Below are positions 23,601 through 37,349 of a stretch of 64,000 nt of DNA, in pieces. The notes beneath the pieces are model-generated. The model had not been told where the DNA came from, ran no database searches, and saw only the letters and a program-made list of their open reading frames with translations. The translations under genes were made by a program, and so were the position numbers. The stretch is from Lytechinus pictus. Its lineage: Eukaryota. Position 1 is the stretch's first letter, and each line of letters starts with the position of its first letter. The DNA lies in NCBI RefSeq assembly GCF_037042905.1, contig NC_087245.1, positions 7,690,001 through 7,754,000 on the forward strand, read 5' to 3'.

Positions 23601-26600
23601 CAAAGCCGATTTGGGCGATACGAAGAATGGTCCTTGAAAAGACCAAGAAGTTTCTATGACTGGAGTTCCAACAGGCAACAAATTTATTCAAGCAGCTGTT
23701 CATTTCTAAAGAAGCACAAAAGAAAGAACGGCGGTTGAGACCTTTTTGATGTCCGCCTTCGAAGCCGCCAGTTTCAGTGAAGAAATCCAAAGGGTGAATT
23801 TTACGAATATCCATTTGGATCAATTTTCCATATTTTATATTAATAAACAAACATAAATTTGTACGCATGACAAGACATCAATAACCAAGCGCTATTACGC
23901 TGAAATATTTGCCCAGATTATATCAATTTACCTTTAGTTAGTGGAAAAAGTAAGAATTTGACCTTTACTGAAACCAGATTTTAACACTTTTCCGATCGTT
24001 TGCGGCAAATAAAAATTTCAAATGTGGTCGATGGAATATTGCTATTCATTGTTGTATATGCCAGATGAGTGCCCGCACATGCCCAGTCGAGGAAATTTGA
24101 GTCATATTTCAGGACATATTGCATAGTTTTTTTTCGCATGCCTCCGAATTATGTACTACACATATAACCAGACCAGATGCGGCGAAAAAGTAATTATCAT
24201 CACAATAGCATATTTCCCTTGATATATGACCTATAGCTGCGGAGTCACGCGGGAATCATTTGTCTACACAATTGCCAGAGATGTTGAGCAAAGTGCATGC
24301 CTGACATACTTTCTGCTGGCGGCTTCGAAGCTTGTTCAAAGGGATTTTGTTTGCTGTTACTCCATCTCATTTAAACCTCCTTGGAAAGACACCTCCAGAC
24401 ATGTCCTACGTAGGCATGATCTTCTTTGCACACCGCCCGCCACCGTCGGCATTGAGAGAAAATGCATTTACGGCAAGCCACACTGACATATCACCTCTAA
24501 ACATTTTTTTTTGTTGCACTCTGATGCATTTTATCTGGGATGGTGCCAAGTTATGTTTTATATGGGGGCTATAGTTGTCATCAATTTCAGGTCGTCTTTT
24601 TGCACGGCAGGACGACCAAAAACGGATGTCATTTTAACTTCTCCGGGGTACATGTATTATTCCCGGGGGTAATGTATAGGGCCAAATATTTTTTAAAATA
24701 ATATGTTTTCTTCTATTCTCCCTCCGTCTTATCCCCACCCCTTTTCTATTAAAAAAAAAACTTGAAATACTTGAAATGGGCGGCACTATATCTCTTTAGC
24801 CGACCCCAGTCATGCTTTCTCATTAAAGATAAACAACAAATTTCTTTAAAAGAAATTATGTAAGGTAAAAAACGTCACGGTTCAATAACATTCAGCAAAA
24901 AAAAAAAACAAGACAAACAAAACTAAGATGTTAAACATGCTAAATCATTTATTTATTTTTATTTTATTTTCATTATAATTATTTTTTTTGCTGAGATTTA
25001 TTTTAATCAATGAAAATTAATTGTTGGATTTGAAACAGTGAAACAAAACAAAAAACCTGCAGCTAATATTGAATTTAAGATACAGATTAAGCCTATAGCT
25101 TACGAATCCATCACAATCATTACAAATGAAGATAAGTTCATTAAAGAAAAGATTATGGAAAGTCCATACGAAGAGGCGCATTTTAAATCTTTTATGTTAT
25201 TTCTTAAACCTTATATTCTTATATAAACTTCCATAAATTAAGTGATCATCTTTAAATATGACCAGCGTTTATGATCGTTGTCATATTTAGCATTATTTCT
25301 GTAAAAGTATTTTTCCATTGCGGATTGATTCACACCTTTTTCTATGTTTTAATTATTATTGCAAAGTACTACTTTATCCACTTGGACATGCTGGCAGCAA
25401 TTTTCATATTTTCATTTTCTTCTGTTACTCATCATGCAACTGAGGTATGTTTATACTCTAAACACTCACACTTGTATTTCTTGCGTTATATCTGACAAAT
25501 AAAATAAATAAATTAGATTTTTCACACGCAGCCTCTCATATTTTCCTTTTTAGTCTCATACAATCAGACACTGTTGATTTTGTTTACTCCATTCAAACCC
25601 TATATTTACCTCAACAAATAACATATTAACGCATAATTTGCAAAATTATCATTATATACAAGTATTCTATAAAAATACAGAATATTGAACTCATAAATGT
25701 CGAAATTACTTAGTTAAATCAATTCTTATGTCGGACAATGGTCTCTTTCGTTGAAATATCAATAAAAGGTGTCTCTAAAAAGACACCGTGTTCTAAATAA
25801 GGGAAATAATGAAAATTTCGATTTTATTTAGTTATGTTTGTGAATCTTTAAAGTTTTTTCTCTTTTAACCTCATAAAGTAAGCTCCGTACATCAATTCTA
25901 CTATCAGTAATAAATAAAACATTATTTGATCTCCTTTTATTGAAATATCGGATTTTATGTAAAGTCGTCATTCAGAAATAAAAGGTTCAGGTGACGATGA
26001 AGACTAAATTTTGTTTTGTAGTGATCTTTATTATTCATTCAAATAAATTTCATACATACATAATCAAGAAAATATAGAACAAAATGATAATTGCAGCAGT
26101 GCAATACACAAATTAAATAACAGTGTAATAAACATAGCAGGCAAATTGTATCAGAAAAGAGACATAATCCGAACTCATGCAAAAATAACATTTCAACAAC
26201 TTATGTATGCAGCTATAAAGCAAATAATAAAACAAAGACGTAACAACTACGCAAATTTTATGAATGAATGTATATGAGCATTCTCCCGTCCCATGAGCCC
26301 CCCCCCCCCTATCAGACCCCAAAGCTGAACAAACACACCAACAACAAGAAACGGGAGAAAAAGACAGAAAAAAAAAAACACCATGCACATAACGGAGAGA
26401 GAAAAAAAAAAAAAAAAAAAAAAAAAAAAGCAAAGGACAGGACAGGAACAATTAAAAGGATTAAAAAAAAAAAAAAAAAAAACACGAACCAATAACAGAC
26501 AGGACAGAGGTCAGTTTACAGCGACAGTGATCGATCGATTCCATGCACAGGCAGACGAGGGGCACCCCTCCCTTCCCCATCCTTTTTATTTTGGTTAATG

Positions 26601-26601
26601 T

Positions 26602-29600
26602 TTATAAAACCTTTAAATATTCCCATTTTTTATAGTGTCGCGTTAACGTATTACGCTCTAATGCAATTTTCTTTTCTTCTTCTTTGCTAATAAGTAACTT
26701 TTCCTTTATCTCTTCAGGAGTTGGTGGTTTACCCTTCCCTCTCCCTTGATATATTAAATATTTGATTAGCAAAATGATATGATTAAGTAATTGTATGTTT
26801 TCGGTTGTTTCCTCGAGACCAATATGGATTTCCATCCAGCTTAGTTTTTTTAGAATTGGAAGGCCAAACAAATTACTACTCCGTACCCACAAATCTCCTA
26901 CTTTTTCACATTCAAAAAATAAATGCTTATATGTTTCTTCGTATTTTCTACAGAAGGAACATTTATCACTTGCTATAAAATGAAACCTGTATAAGTGATG
27001 ATTCAGAAAGATGATATTGTATAACATTTTAAATTGAAATTCTCTCAATTTGTTATCCAACGTACTAAATCTAGGACGATAAAATGTTTTCTCAATTTCT
27101 TTATTTGACAGATTATATAATAATGCTAAGTTATGAAAACTGACTGGTTGTTCAGCAACTTGTTTTATACACCCTCTATATAGATTTTTGGAAGTAACCG
27201 AGTCGAATTGAATTTTTTTCTCATAAAAGACAAATTCAATATTCAAGCCGTCCACTGAAGTATTCCTTCTTAATCTGTCTTTCCATTCTCTGGGGGTATG
27301 TGCAAATATTTCTTGAATAACTGATACTTCCTCCTCGTCCAATCCCATACATCTGAAATAATTATCCGGCTTAAGTGCCCCCTTAACATCTGTAATGTGA
27401 TGAAATTTAAAAATATTTTTGAGGAACAGATTTTCATGAAAAAACGTTTTTCCTTTCTTCAAAATACACTTATTATTAAAGAAAATTTCATTTCTTTTAC
27501 TATTTGTATCTTTTTTAGTAAAAATATTCATATCAGACCAAATACATAACATTTCTCGGTAATATTTTGGTAATTTAACATCGACCATATCAGGGGAAAA
27601 ATTGCAGTAAAATATTAAAAGACCACCAAATGTTCTCAGGAGAAATTTAAAATATCTTTTCCATTTTGCTCTCTGGTCACCAGTAACTAATCTTTTAATC
27701 CACATCACTCTTTGTACCATTATAAATAGTTTGAAATTGAGCATTTTTAGCCCACCTTGTCGGTAATCCAGATATAAAGTATTTCTTTTTATTTTGTCTT
27801 TCCCCCGCCATAAAAAGTCAAAACATGTATCATCAATTTCTTTGAAAACCCAGTCTGGAACTGAAGATAGGGAGCTCACATAAGTCAATTTGGAAAACGC
27901 ATACGTTTTAAGCAAATGAATTTTTCCTATCAAAGTGAGATCTCGTTGTTTCCACCAATTTAATAACTTTTTGATTATGCTCAAAATTTCTTTGAAATTC
28001 ATTTCTTCAGCGACATCAGGATTGAGTGAAAAGTAAATACCCAGTATTTTCACAATATCAACTCTTTTACCGAATGGAAAGCTGTTCCCCGGTGGAACAG
28101 GAGGCCCTAGAGGCAAAATAAAAGTTTTATTTTTATTAATTTTCAGTCCAGATATTTTCTTGAACTTCTCAAGGATTATGTATAATCTATCTATAGAGTC
28201 TAAATCTTGCACAAATAGTGTCATGTCATCAGCATAAAGAACCTGCTTAATTTCTGTATCGCCAAAGCAAATACCCCTTACTGAATTATCGTTTCGAATA
28301 GAGTGAGTTAAACACTCTATACACAATATAAAAAGATATGGGGACAGGGGGTCCCCCTGCCTTAGCCCCCGCTCAACATCGAAATAGCCAGTTGATCTCC
28401 CTCCATTGAAAACGCAGCATAGTGTGTTAGTGTAAATTACTTTGACCCAATCCCTAAACATCGTTCCAAAACCGAATGAACAAAGTGCCTTTTGAAGAAA
28501 AGCGTGTGAAATTGAATCGAAAGCCTTTTCAAAATCGATTGCTAATAAATAACCCGATTTATTAAAATGTGAGGTATGAAATATCATTTCATTAATTAAT
28601 CTTACTGCTTCACCAATATTTCTGTCATTTAAATACCCTACCTGGTCAACTGAAATAATGTTACTCAGAATCGCTTTTATTCTTTTAGAAAGTATCTTAG
28701 TGAGAATTTTATAATCTACATTGAGAAGTGAAATGGGTCTGTAATTGCTAATGACTGTAGGGTCTTTATCCCCCTTGTGTATTAGTGTAATTACTGCTTG
28801 CCTCTGAGAGGGCGATAATTCTTTATGAATCAAACTATCATGAAGCCCGTTAATAACTAAATCACCTACAACATACCAAAATGTAATGTAAAACTCGACG
28901 CTCAGTCCATCATTCCCCGGAGATTTATTAAGTTGCATTTCTTTTAAGATTTCAATACAATCACCTTGGTTTATTTTTCCTTCACAGTGATTACTCTGAT
29001 TTTTTGTTAGTTTGGGTAAGCTATTGGGAAAAAACGTATTATCGTCGCATAATCCTGCCTCAGATTTAGCGTATAATGATGAATAAAACTTTCGGATTTC
29101 ATTTAAAATATTAATTTCATCACTAATTATATTTTCATTCACCTTAAGTTTTTTAATTACACATTTTTTCCCATTAGAATCTGTCAATTGTTTAAAATAT
29201 GCGGTTTCCCTTTCCCCACTTTCAAACCACGGCGCTCGAGATCTGATTTTTATACCTTCATTAACATAAGTATAAATTGCTTTTAATTCATTTCTTTTCC
29301 TGGTTAAAATGTCAATTGAATCCTTATTTTTATTACTTGGTCTTTGTTGCAGTTCTTCTTCTAATTTTACAATTTCCTTTTCCAACTTTGTAATCTTTTC
29401 TCTTCTTTCTTTTGCCTTTTTCTTTGAGTACTTCCTAGTAAAACTTCGGATTTCCATTTTAACATAATCCCATAAAATTCTGCTGTCCATAATCTCTATT
29501 GATAACATCTGTTTCAAACGAATAATTTCCTCCTTCATACTTTTAACATATTCTTCGTCCTTACATAAACTGTTATTAAATTTCCAATAACCAGTCTTAA

Positions 29601-30420
29601 TCGTTGGTTTGACCATATGATTAAAATTAATATTGAGTTCTATTGCTGAGTGATCAGGTGATAATGAAGGTATTATTTTACAATTCAACACTTTCTCTTC
29701 TAAAATATCTGAAACCACCCAGTAATCCAATCGACTTTGCATATACGGATTTCCTTGATGATAGGTATATTGTTTCTTGGAATCATTTTTAACACGCCAT
29801 ATATCTAAGGCCTTATAATCCGTAAGAAAATTTTCGAACATTGAACTAAGTTTAGATTGCTTCTTGTTTACGATTTTTCCATCATAATCTAAATAAATAT
29901 CCCTAACCATATTGAAGTCTCCTCCTATAATAAAAGGTTTATTTTGGAACTCCTTTCTTCCTAAAATCTTAATAATAGAATCCAAAAACTCAAGTTGCTC
30001 GTGCACTTTACTACTAACAGGGAAATAAACATTTCCCAATATTACTTCCTGATTTTGCAAAGATCCAATAATAAAAATGTATCTACCTCCTGTATCGATG
30101 ATTGTATGTTTTATTGAGATATCAAACCCTTTATCTACTAAAATCATAACGCCTTTACCGTGGTTTGTACCGTGACTAAAAATACAAAAGCCATCCCACA
30201 TGGAACTCCAATTACTAACAATATCTTGAGTGCTAAAAGTTTCCTGGAGAAAAATAATATGCCCTTTTTTATCCTTACACCATTTAAATATATTTTGCCT
30301 CTTATGACGTTCTCGAATTCCCTTAACATTTAAAGATATGAAGTTGCAGATTAAAGAATTAAACACAGGGGTATGGACAAGATAATAAATCGTGGGATGA
30401 GAAGTGGAAGAGCGCCGCAC
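26602..30420 (-). CDS. L1/Tx1 ORF2: AP endonuclease - reverse transcriptase - C-terminal CCHC zinc knuckle (uninterrupted frame)
   Basis: SLNVKG, FLQET, GGDFN, SRLDY, PDH (endonuclease); KSPGNDG, NYRPISLLNVDYK, DFEKAFDS, RQGDPLSP, YADD (RT); CSFC...ETYKHLFFEC. Start codon uncertain (GTG). Confidence 0.95.
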   Translation of the reverse strand: MRRSSTSHPTIYYLVHTPVFNSLICNFISLNVKGIRERHKRQNIFKWCKDKKGHIIFLQETFSTQDIVSNWSSMWDGFCIFSHGTNHGKGVMILVDKGFDISIKHTIIDTGGRYIFIIGSLQNQEVILGNVYFPVSSKVHEQLEFLDSIIKILGRKEFQNKPFIIGGDFNMVRDIYLDYDGKIVNKKQSKLSSMFENFLTDYKALDIWRVKNDSKKQYTYHQGNPYMQSRLDYWVVSDILEEKVLNCKIIPSLSPDHSAIELNINFNHMVKPTIKTGYWKFNNSLCKDEEYVKSMKEEIIRLKQMLSIEIMDSRILWDYVKMEIRSFTRKYSKKKAKERREKITKLEKEIVKLEEELQQRPSNKNKDSIDILTRKRNELKAIYTYVNEGIKIRSRAPWFESGERETAYFKQLTDSNGKKCVIKKLKVNENIISDEINILNEIRKFYSSLYAKSEAGLCDDNTFFPNSLPKLTKNQSNHCEGKINQGDCIEILKEMQLNKSPGNDGLSVEFYITFWYVVGDLVINGLHDSLIHKELSPSQRQAVITLIHKGDKDPTVISNYRPISLLNVDYKILTKILSKRIKAILSNIISVDQVGYLNDRNIGEAVRLINEMIFHTSHFNKSGYLLAIDFEKAFDSISHAFLQKALCSFGFGTMFRDWVKVIYTNTLCCVFNGGRSTGYFDVERGLRQGDPLSPYLFILCIECLTHSIRNDNSVRGICFGDTEIKQVLYADDMTLFVQDLDSIDRLYIILEKFKKISGLKINKNKTFILPLGPPVPPGNSFPFGKRVDIVKILGIYFSLNPDVAEEMNFKEILSIIKKLLNWWKQRDLTLIGKIHLLKTYAFSKLTYVSSLSSVPDWVFKEIDDTCFDFLWRGKDKIKRNTLYLDYRQGGLKMLNFKLFIMVQRVMWIKRLVTGDQRAKWKRYFKFLLRTFGGLLIFYCNFSPDMVDVKLPKYYREMLCIWSDMNIFTKKDTNSKRNEIFFNNKCILKKGKTFFHENLFLKNIFKFHHITDVKGALKPDNYFRCMGLDEEEVSVIQEIFAHTPREWKDRLRRNTSVDGLNIEFVFYEKKIQFDSVTSKNLYRGCIKQVAEQPVSFHNLALLYNLSNKEIEKTFYRPRFSTLDNKLREFQFKMLYNIIFLNHHLYRFHFIASDKCSFCRKYEETYKHLFFECEKVGDLWVRSSNLFGLPILKKLSWMEIHIGLEETTENIQLLNHIILLIKYLIYQGRGKGKPPTPEEIKEKLLISKEEEKKIALERNTLTRHYKKWEYLKVL

Positions 30421-31932
30421 CCTGTCCGCCCGGCCTACATGTAAATCTGATCATGATCAAAATGCCACTGCCAACTGACCCTGAAAGGAAAAAGGAAACG
30501 AAAAACAAAGTGCACATAAAACAAACATCAACAAGCAAGACTATCAAGGGAGATCTTCCTATGAAGGAAGTGTCTAAAACGAAAACTCTCTTACATGTCT
30601 TAGACATCTTCATGATGTCTCGCCAACCCCTCTCCCTATAACTTGAGATTTATTTTGAAGGTAAGTCAATAATGAGCAAAGGAAAATAAAGAGAAAAAAA
30701 AAACCTGTGGACTACAACATTATCCTGAGGAAATTGCCTCTCGACTATATTCATGCCCTAAATACCGGCGACCCACATACTAAGATATGGATTCAAAGTT
30801 AAATGTTTACCCAATTGATTTGCAACTTCTATATCTACATTCTTTTGAAAACCTTCTCCTTTAAGACCGAAAAGGATAATACAAAAGGACCACTATTGGA
30901 ACCTTAAACCTTTTCGAAATTTGCATCTAAGATACATTCATTCTAATTCAGTTTGATTTTAAAAGAGTATATGAGATCCCACCAACGATTCAATTAAGAT
31001 TTTCAAACCATGATCAGTAAGGTTATGTAATCATGGTTACTTATTATCTAATCAAATATACCACTGAATCTTTAAGCAGACATTGCATTCACCTAAAAGG
31101 TGTAGGAAGAGAAAAGGAATCTTCGTATACTTATTTCGAATTAAATTAAACGCATGCTTGACGAGATTCTCCCCCACCTCATTTGCATTATACAGACTTA
31201 TCATTTGCATTATGTTTTAACAATCTATTGAATACACATGAGGCGTATTATAACACACCCTCTTTACAAGAATTATTATGTTTTGTCTCTGAAATATTTG
31301 CTTTTCATTCCTTTTCATTCTAATGTCTATTAAAATACCAGTGGATTCACTGATTGCCATTACAATCGAGTTAATGTGGCCACTCGACCATATATCATTA
31401 TTTCTTATAATACACTGTCGGATTATATTGAACATGCTGAATCATTTGGAATCTTTCATCTTAAACATTTACAAGGAATAAAGGAAATTGCAGTCTAAAT
31501 GACATTAACAAGAATAAACAATCGTGTAAAAGAACATACCAGAGGACTATTGTTTACTGTACGACGCCTTTAAAGTATTAGCGTCTTATCAACATTCATT
31601 CCAGACGTCCAGTTCAAAATTAGATTCTAAAGTTCTGAAGAATGTCTCTTTAAGTAAGCGCAAGTTGAATTTTTCAAATCAACAGAATGGAATTTACACA
31701 TTACACCAATTGCCACTCTAACCATTGGATCTTTCTTTAAAATATGCATGTCAATCGCACAACATATCTTGCAGAAAAGGGAAAGAGGGGGAGAGAGAAG
31801 AAAGAAAGGAGTCATGCTGTAGCAATTGACATTAACAATTATATACTCCAGCGATTCCTCCTTCCATTCCTCTCCTTACCCTATCAAAATATTTTCTACC
31901 AATTATACGTTGATTACATAGAATAATCAAAC

Positions 31933-32660
31933 CTATACGCTGCAATTAAAAAGAAGAAGAAGAACAAGATTCCTCTTGAGTTGTATCATCTCTTTTTCCT
32001 ATGACCTATAGAATTCATTCTTTTGAACTGGGTGTGTCCATATAATATATATACGCTTCATTTGAAACATGACTGTGATGAGGTCATTGATTTCAAACTA
32101 CATGTATATATACAAATAGGTTATTGCTGTATCAGAGGCGCTTCTTCAATATATAACAAGATATGCAAATCAGCCGCAACCTCTTATCAACTACAATCTA
32201 TAACTGACCTAGTTTCTTTTGTTATTTTTCAACGAATGTAGTATTAGAATTACACAAATCTGTCTTTAATTGCTGATAAATACCATGCAGTTTGATATCA
32301 ATGACTATACGCTGCAATTAAAAAGAGCAATTAAGATTCCTCTTAAGTTGTATCATCTCTTTTTCCTATGGCCTATAGAATTCATTCTTTTGAACTGGGT
32401 GTGTCCATATATACGCTTCATTTGAAACATGTAAATGTGATGAGGTCACTGATATCAAACTACATGGCATTAACCTACAAATAGGTTATTGCTGTATCAG
32501 AGGCGCTTCTTCAATAAGTAACAAGATATGCAAATCACCCGCAACCTCTTATCAACTACAATCTATAATTGACCTAGTTTCTTTTGTTATTTATCAACGA
32601 ATGTAGTATTAGAATTACACTAATCTGTCTTTAATTGCTGATAATTTACATGCAGTTTGA
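31933..32660. repeat. ~372-bp tandem duplication in the L1/Tx1 inter-ORF spacer
   Basis: CTATACGCTGCAATTAAAA begins both units (31933, 32305); units are collinear and highly similar. Confidence 0.85.
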
Positions 32661-34849
32661 TTGCCAACATAAATAACATAAATTATATTCCATCAAACTA
32701 GATAATGTGAAACAGAATTAATATATTTCATATTTTACACGAAAGTGTCGTCTCTCGTCTCAGGTGTGGCATGATGAGCGGAAAAGACCCCCACAAATTT
32801 TGGGAATGAGTTTTTCTTCATTTCCCTCCTTCATTTTCTACATGCACTTCCTATTACCTTTTTCTTTTTCTAAAAATCATGAGTCAATATTTCATAAAAG
32901 TATCAAAAATCGACATTGTCATCAATGGCATTTTTTTCCTCCATTCCTCTCATCCTTTATTTCCATTTTACACGTAGTATTATGATCAAATAAACTTTAG
33001 ATGAAGGTTTTCTATTCATTATTTTTCAACATTAACCTAGTTTGAAAAAAAAAACAGCAACAAAATTCCAATCAGTTACAATCTGTCGTCTTAAAAAAAA
33101 AACCGTTATGAATCAATAACTTTCCTATGTAGTGTGTGTGTGTGTTTAAAATATAAGCTTAAGCTTCAGTTTGTTTGCAGGTTTAAATAAAGAAAAAGGG
33201 CTTCATCCAGCTTAAATAAACATGCCTTACATGCATGTATGACATAAACTGATCTATTAATGATTATGTATGAAACAAGAAAATATATTTCATATTTTCT
33301 TCAACTCTTCTTAAAGGCATGACATGATGAAAAAAAAAAAAAAACACCACACACACACACACATAGGCCTATACACAGAGGAATGTGTTTTCAAGCTAAT
33401 TAATAAACTTCTTGAAAGTTACTACATCGACCAATATATAGATCTTCAAACTTCAAATTCTTCTTCTCTGTCCATTCTTGTCCTCTAAATACATTCGTCA
33501 TTATTATTATTTTTCCGAATAACGTACAAACAGCAAAATTCCATCTGATGTGGTATGATCAATTATAACTGACATGACATTCAATTTTCCCCTCATTTTT
33601 ATTCATTTACAAGAACCAAAGATTGTGTCAAAATTACACTCCAGTCTGTTTCTTGTTGTATTTCATATATTTTTTTTTTCTCTGATTTATTATAAAAAAA
33701 AAAAAAAAAAAAAAAGTGCTTCCTTTCTTCAAACCCTTTATTTTTTTTAATCATTACTTTTTTGTGTGCATAATTCCTTGAGAGTATATCGTGTTCTTCC
33801 TCTTGGACAAGTGACTTATCTTATTCAATCAATAACTACCTCGCCAAAATTTTTAAACAAATTAAAAATCATTATTTTGTTTGACTAATTCTTATAGCTT
33901 TGAATTAGATGGCATTGCCTTGAATCCAGATAAAATTGGAGCAATTGTTATCATAGATTCGAGTAATTTCATGGGCTTTAAGCCACAGTTTAATGTCTTT
34001 AATATTTCAAAGTGATGAGAAGAATGAAACACATCAACAAAGAAAGGACTTCTCTCTGCTTTACTTTTAATTTGAGATGGGGAACAATATTCTTCGACCC
34101 TTCAACCGTCCATATAACTCCTTTTTTGGGGGGAGTCTATTCAAACCTTTCACAACTATGGTTACTTTTGCCATTGAATAAAACATATACATTATATACT
34201 GTGAAGCCTTATATTCAATACCAAATAAATCTGATGCAATGTATCCAAATTAAAAGAATTACTATCACAAACATCGCTCAACACAGCGTCTTATCTTTTT
34301 AGTGTTCTTCTTCTTTCCTTTTCGTATTTTTTTTTTTGGTTGTTGTTGACGTATTTCCTTCAGTAAATGATGATACTTGCATCCGATGTTAGTGAACTAA
34401 TATTTTGGCTTCGAATTCATGATCGCTTTCCTATATCTTCCAAATACTCAGCTCAAATTCTTCTTTACAATTCTTTTCTCTTCTTCTTTAGGAGAATTGA
34501 CGGTATATTGTTATAAGATGAGTAATTCATCGACTTTTTAACGTATAGTCATCAAAATAACATTTAAAGCGACGAATGCTTCCTCGTCTAGTATAGAGAA
34601 AACGGAAACGTGTAATTCGTTATATATTTATCAGCAACTGAGAATGGTATATTAAACAAGAAACAAGAGATGAGGCAAATCTTACTTTTCGATGGCATGG
34701 TTGGCATCAGGTCTGTTTATTCCTCAAACTTTCACTTTCTCCTTCTTAGCTTCTGTAACTGCTTGTATTCCTTAGGGCCTATCTCCTCCGTACAGCTTCC
34801 ACATCCAGTAATCCTATCGGCTTTAATTTTCCTTTATTACTGAAAATAT

Positions 34850-37349
34850 TTACAGAATTACGATTCTTTGACGTTTTCTCCTCCTACTGCTCCGGGCTAC
34901 TGCTCCTGCGAGATATCCCTCATGTTGCGTTGCTTCAGCGCCGATGCTTTCCATTGCTTCGATGCCGTTTTCGGTCAGACCCTCGTCACTCCTTGCCCAT
35001 ATCTTCCTCGCTGTAAACGATGCACTGTCACCTGCTTTTCCTCGTTGTATTCCTCCATTCCGCTCCATCCTAACTCCTGCCTGATCCCGATCCCGATGTA
35101 TCTGCAGGGAGGCGTTATTCATTCCTGCTCCACTCTGTTTCCCCCATATTCCGATGAGCTCCTCTTGGTCCTCCCGTGGGATCCATTTTCCAGCGACGAA
35201 GAGTTTAGTCGGCTCCGCCCGTGAGAAATAAGCAAGCTTCCCTGCGTTCCGTGCCGCTTTCAAGGCCGGTGCCTGCGCTTTCCTTTCTTCTCGAATTCGT
35301 TTGGGCAGATCTTGTGCAATGTACATCTTACTCCCCTTCAACAATTTAGCATTCTTGTCAATTGTCAACTTGTCTGCAAATCTAAGGAACCGTGCTTTGA
35401 TGGGGCGTGGTCTGTGTATAGCTTGCACCCGATGAACCCGTTGATATTCAATTTGTTTAACAAAATCTTGTCTCAACTTCAATTTCTCGACGAGAAATCT
35501 ATTCAAAGTTTCCTTCGTATTCTCATCACCCTCTCCACTTTCTGGGATTCCCAAAAAGACGAGGTTCTCTCGCGATATGTAGGCGGAAAGTCTATCAATT
35601 TCAGCTTCAAGTTTTTTCCCCTTCATATCACTTTCCTCTTGTACTTTCCTCAGTTTCGTTTTCAAATCATCCATTTCTTTTGCTTGAAAATTTAGCGATG
35701 CAACCAATTCCTCCATTCTATGTTCAAGTCTTGTATTCTGTACAGTAATTTGGCGTTCCAATGATGACAACCGTTCATTAATTTTCCCAAAATAGTCATC
35801 TAGATATGACTTCATTTCTGATGACACGCCCAAGTTGGCATCAGGGCTGGACGGGGTAGACGGGGTCAACCGCGTAGCCAGGATTTCATTTTGGAGGGGG
35901 CGGTAAATGCACGCGAAGCGTGCCATCACTTTCAGAGCGCGCGAAGCGCGCTCCCTAGGGGGTGGGTGCCGGGAGGGGGAGTTTCCCCCTCCCGCGCGAA
36001 GCTTTCAGTGTTTCATTAATTAAAATGAAAAGGAGCCATCTCTCTTGCCTCTAGTACCTATATCAGCCCCAATTCAGTTGACTATATTGCGATTTTGAAC
36101 CTTGTTTTCAAAAGTGATTGTGAACGCACAAAACAATTGAGGAAATTAAATGGAGGAAATTAACCCCGCGCGAAGCGCGGAAGTTTAAGTGTTTTATCAA
36201 TTTTTTTGCAAAGAAAAGGGTCCCGAGAATAGGTATTCTCTAAGTTATATTGAATACTTCCTTTGGAAAGATCAGATTTGGTTACCAACAATTTAGCGAC
36301 AGTGCATATCTTTAACTCGCAAAACAGAGGAGAAGGATATATGCCGGGAGGAAGATATTCCTCCCCCCGCAGAGCAATGAAATTTCAAAGGGCGGACGTT
36401 TCGTCAAATGCAGATATCTCTAATACCCCCATCTAATTCAATTGTTTTTCCTCTAAGATTATTGAACTTCATTACAAGGAAAATAATGCGCAAAGAGTTG
36501 AAACTTCTGTGATTTATTGAAATTATATAAAACAGGATGATGTATAATTATCCTGATGCGCTTCATTTTTAATGATAAAGACATTTAAGTGTCATTCAAA
36601 ATTTCAAACTTAGGACGCAAAACAGGACAGGAGATTAATGTGTAGGGAAATGACATGAAGTTTAGTAGAATTTGAAAAAAAATATTGTACTCTTTTATTT
36701 AATACAGCACGAATATTCTATACCTTCCTCTTTTAAGATTAGGAACCCGTTTGCCCCAAATTATGGTTATTTATAGTAATGAGCTGAAAAGCGGGATAAG
36801 TTGCCTATATGGAGGTGACGGCAGAAATTGATATAAAGATTTTACCCGCCCGGAGCCGACCCGACCAGAAGTTGCGCGACCAATTAAAAAAAATAATAAC
36901 TTCATATACTTCGGACCATCCTTACTCTAATTTCATGCCCTAATGTATATATCTGAACTTTAACTGGCAAGAAACACATATAGCTGAGGTAGAAAAACAG
37001 GGTTTAGAGAAGTGGTGAGGGAAACAAAGGGGAATTGCAATATCATTTAACCGCGCGCAGCGCGGAAGCAAAATCCTTGTATATAAATTTAGAGCAAGAG
37101 TGAAGGAGTTTCTTTTTAAGAAGAAAAAAAAGAATAAAAAAGAAAAACCCACAAAGCTACCTTTCTTCCCTTTCCTTCCTTCGCTTTTCCTTTTCTCTTC
37201 TCTTTTTTTCCCTTCTTTTTTTCTTTTTGGGGACGTTTTGGGGGGGGCGACCGCCCCCACCGCCCCCCCCTGGCTACGCGCCTGGACGGGGTAGCCGACG
37301 GCCTAGGCCGCTTAGCTCCTGATTGTCTCGTTGATGCGTGTTTGCTCAT
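34850..37349 (-). pseudogene. L1/Tx1 ORF1 (coiled coil + L1 ORF1-type RRM/CTD), interrupted by the MITE at 35867-37284
   Basis: SRENLVFLGIPE, YQRVHRV, PRPIKARF, IAQDLP motifs. Removing the MITE and one TSD gives a 1074-nt frame from ATG 37349 (MSKHASTRQSGAKRPRPSATPSTPSSPDA...), 357 aa. Confidence 0.88.
35867..37284. mobile_element. hAT-type non-autonomous element, copy 1
   Basis: TIR CAACCGCGTAGCCAGG / CCTGGCTACGCGCCTG; perfect 8-bp TSD GACGGGGT. Confidence 0.92.

Noticed and set aside
24226..24486. Harbinger transposase remnant (GVTRESFVY)
   Set aside because: Only a faint motif resemblance with no recognisable DDE core; not supportable without a search.
26113..26598. Lys- or Phe-rich ORFs
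   Set aside because: Homopolymer runs in the LINE 3' UTR.
35867..35929. N-terminus MMARFACIYRPLQNEILATRL of the 359-aa ORF
   Set aside because: Derived from the inserted MITE end; the same peptide appears at the second copy (37902). The true start is ATG 37349.
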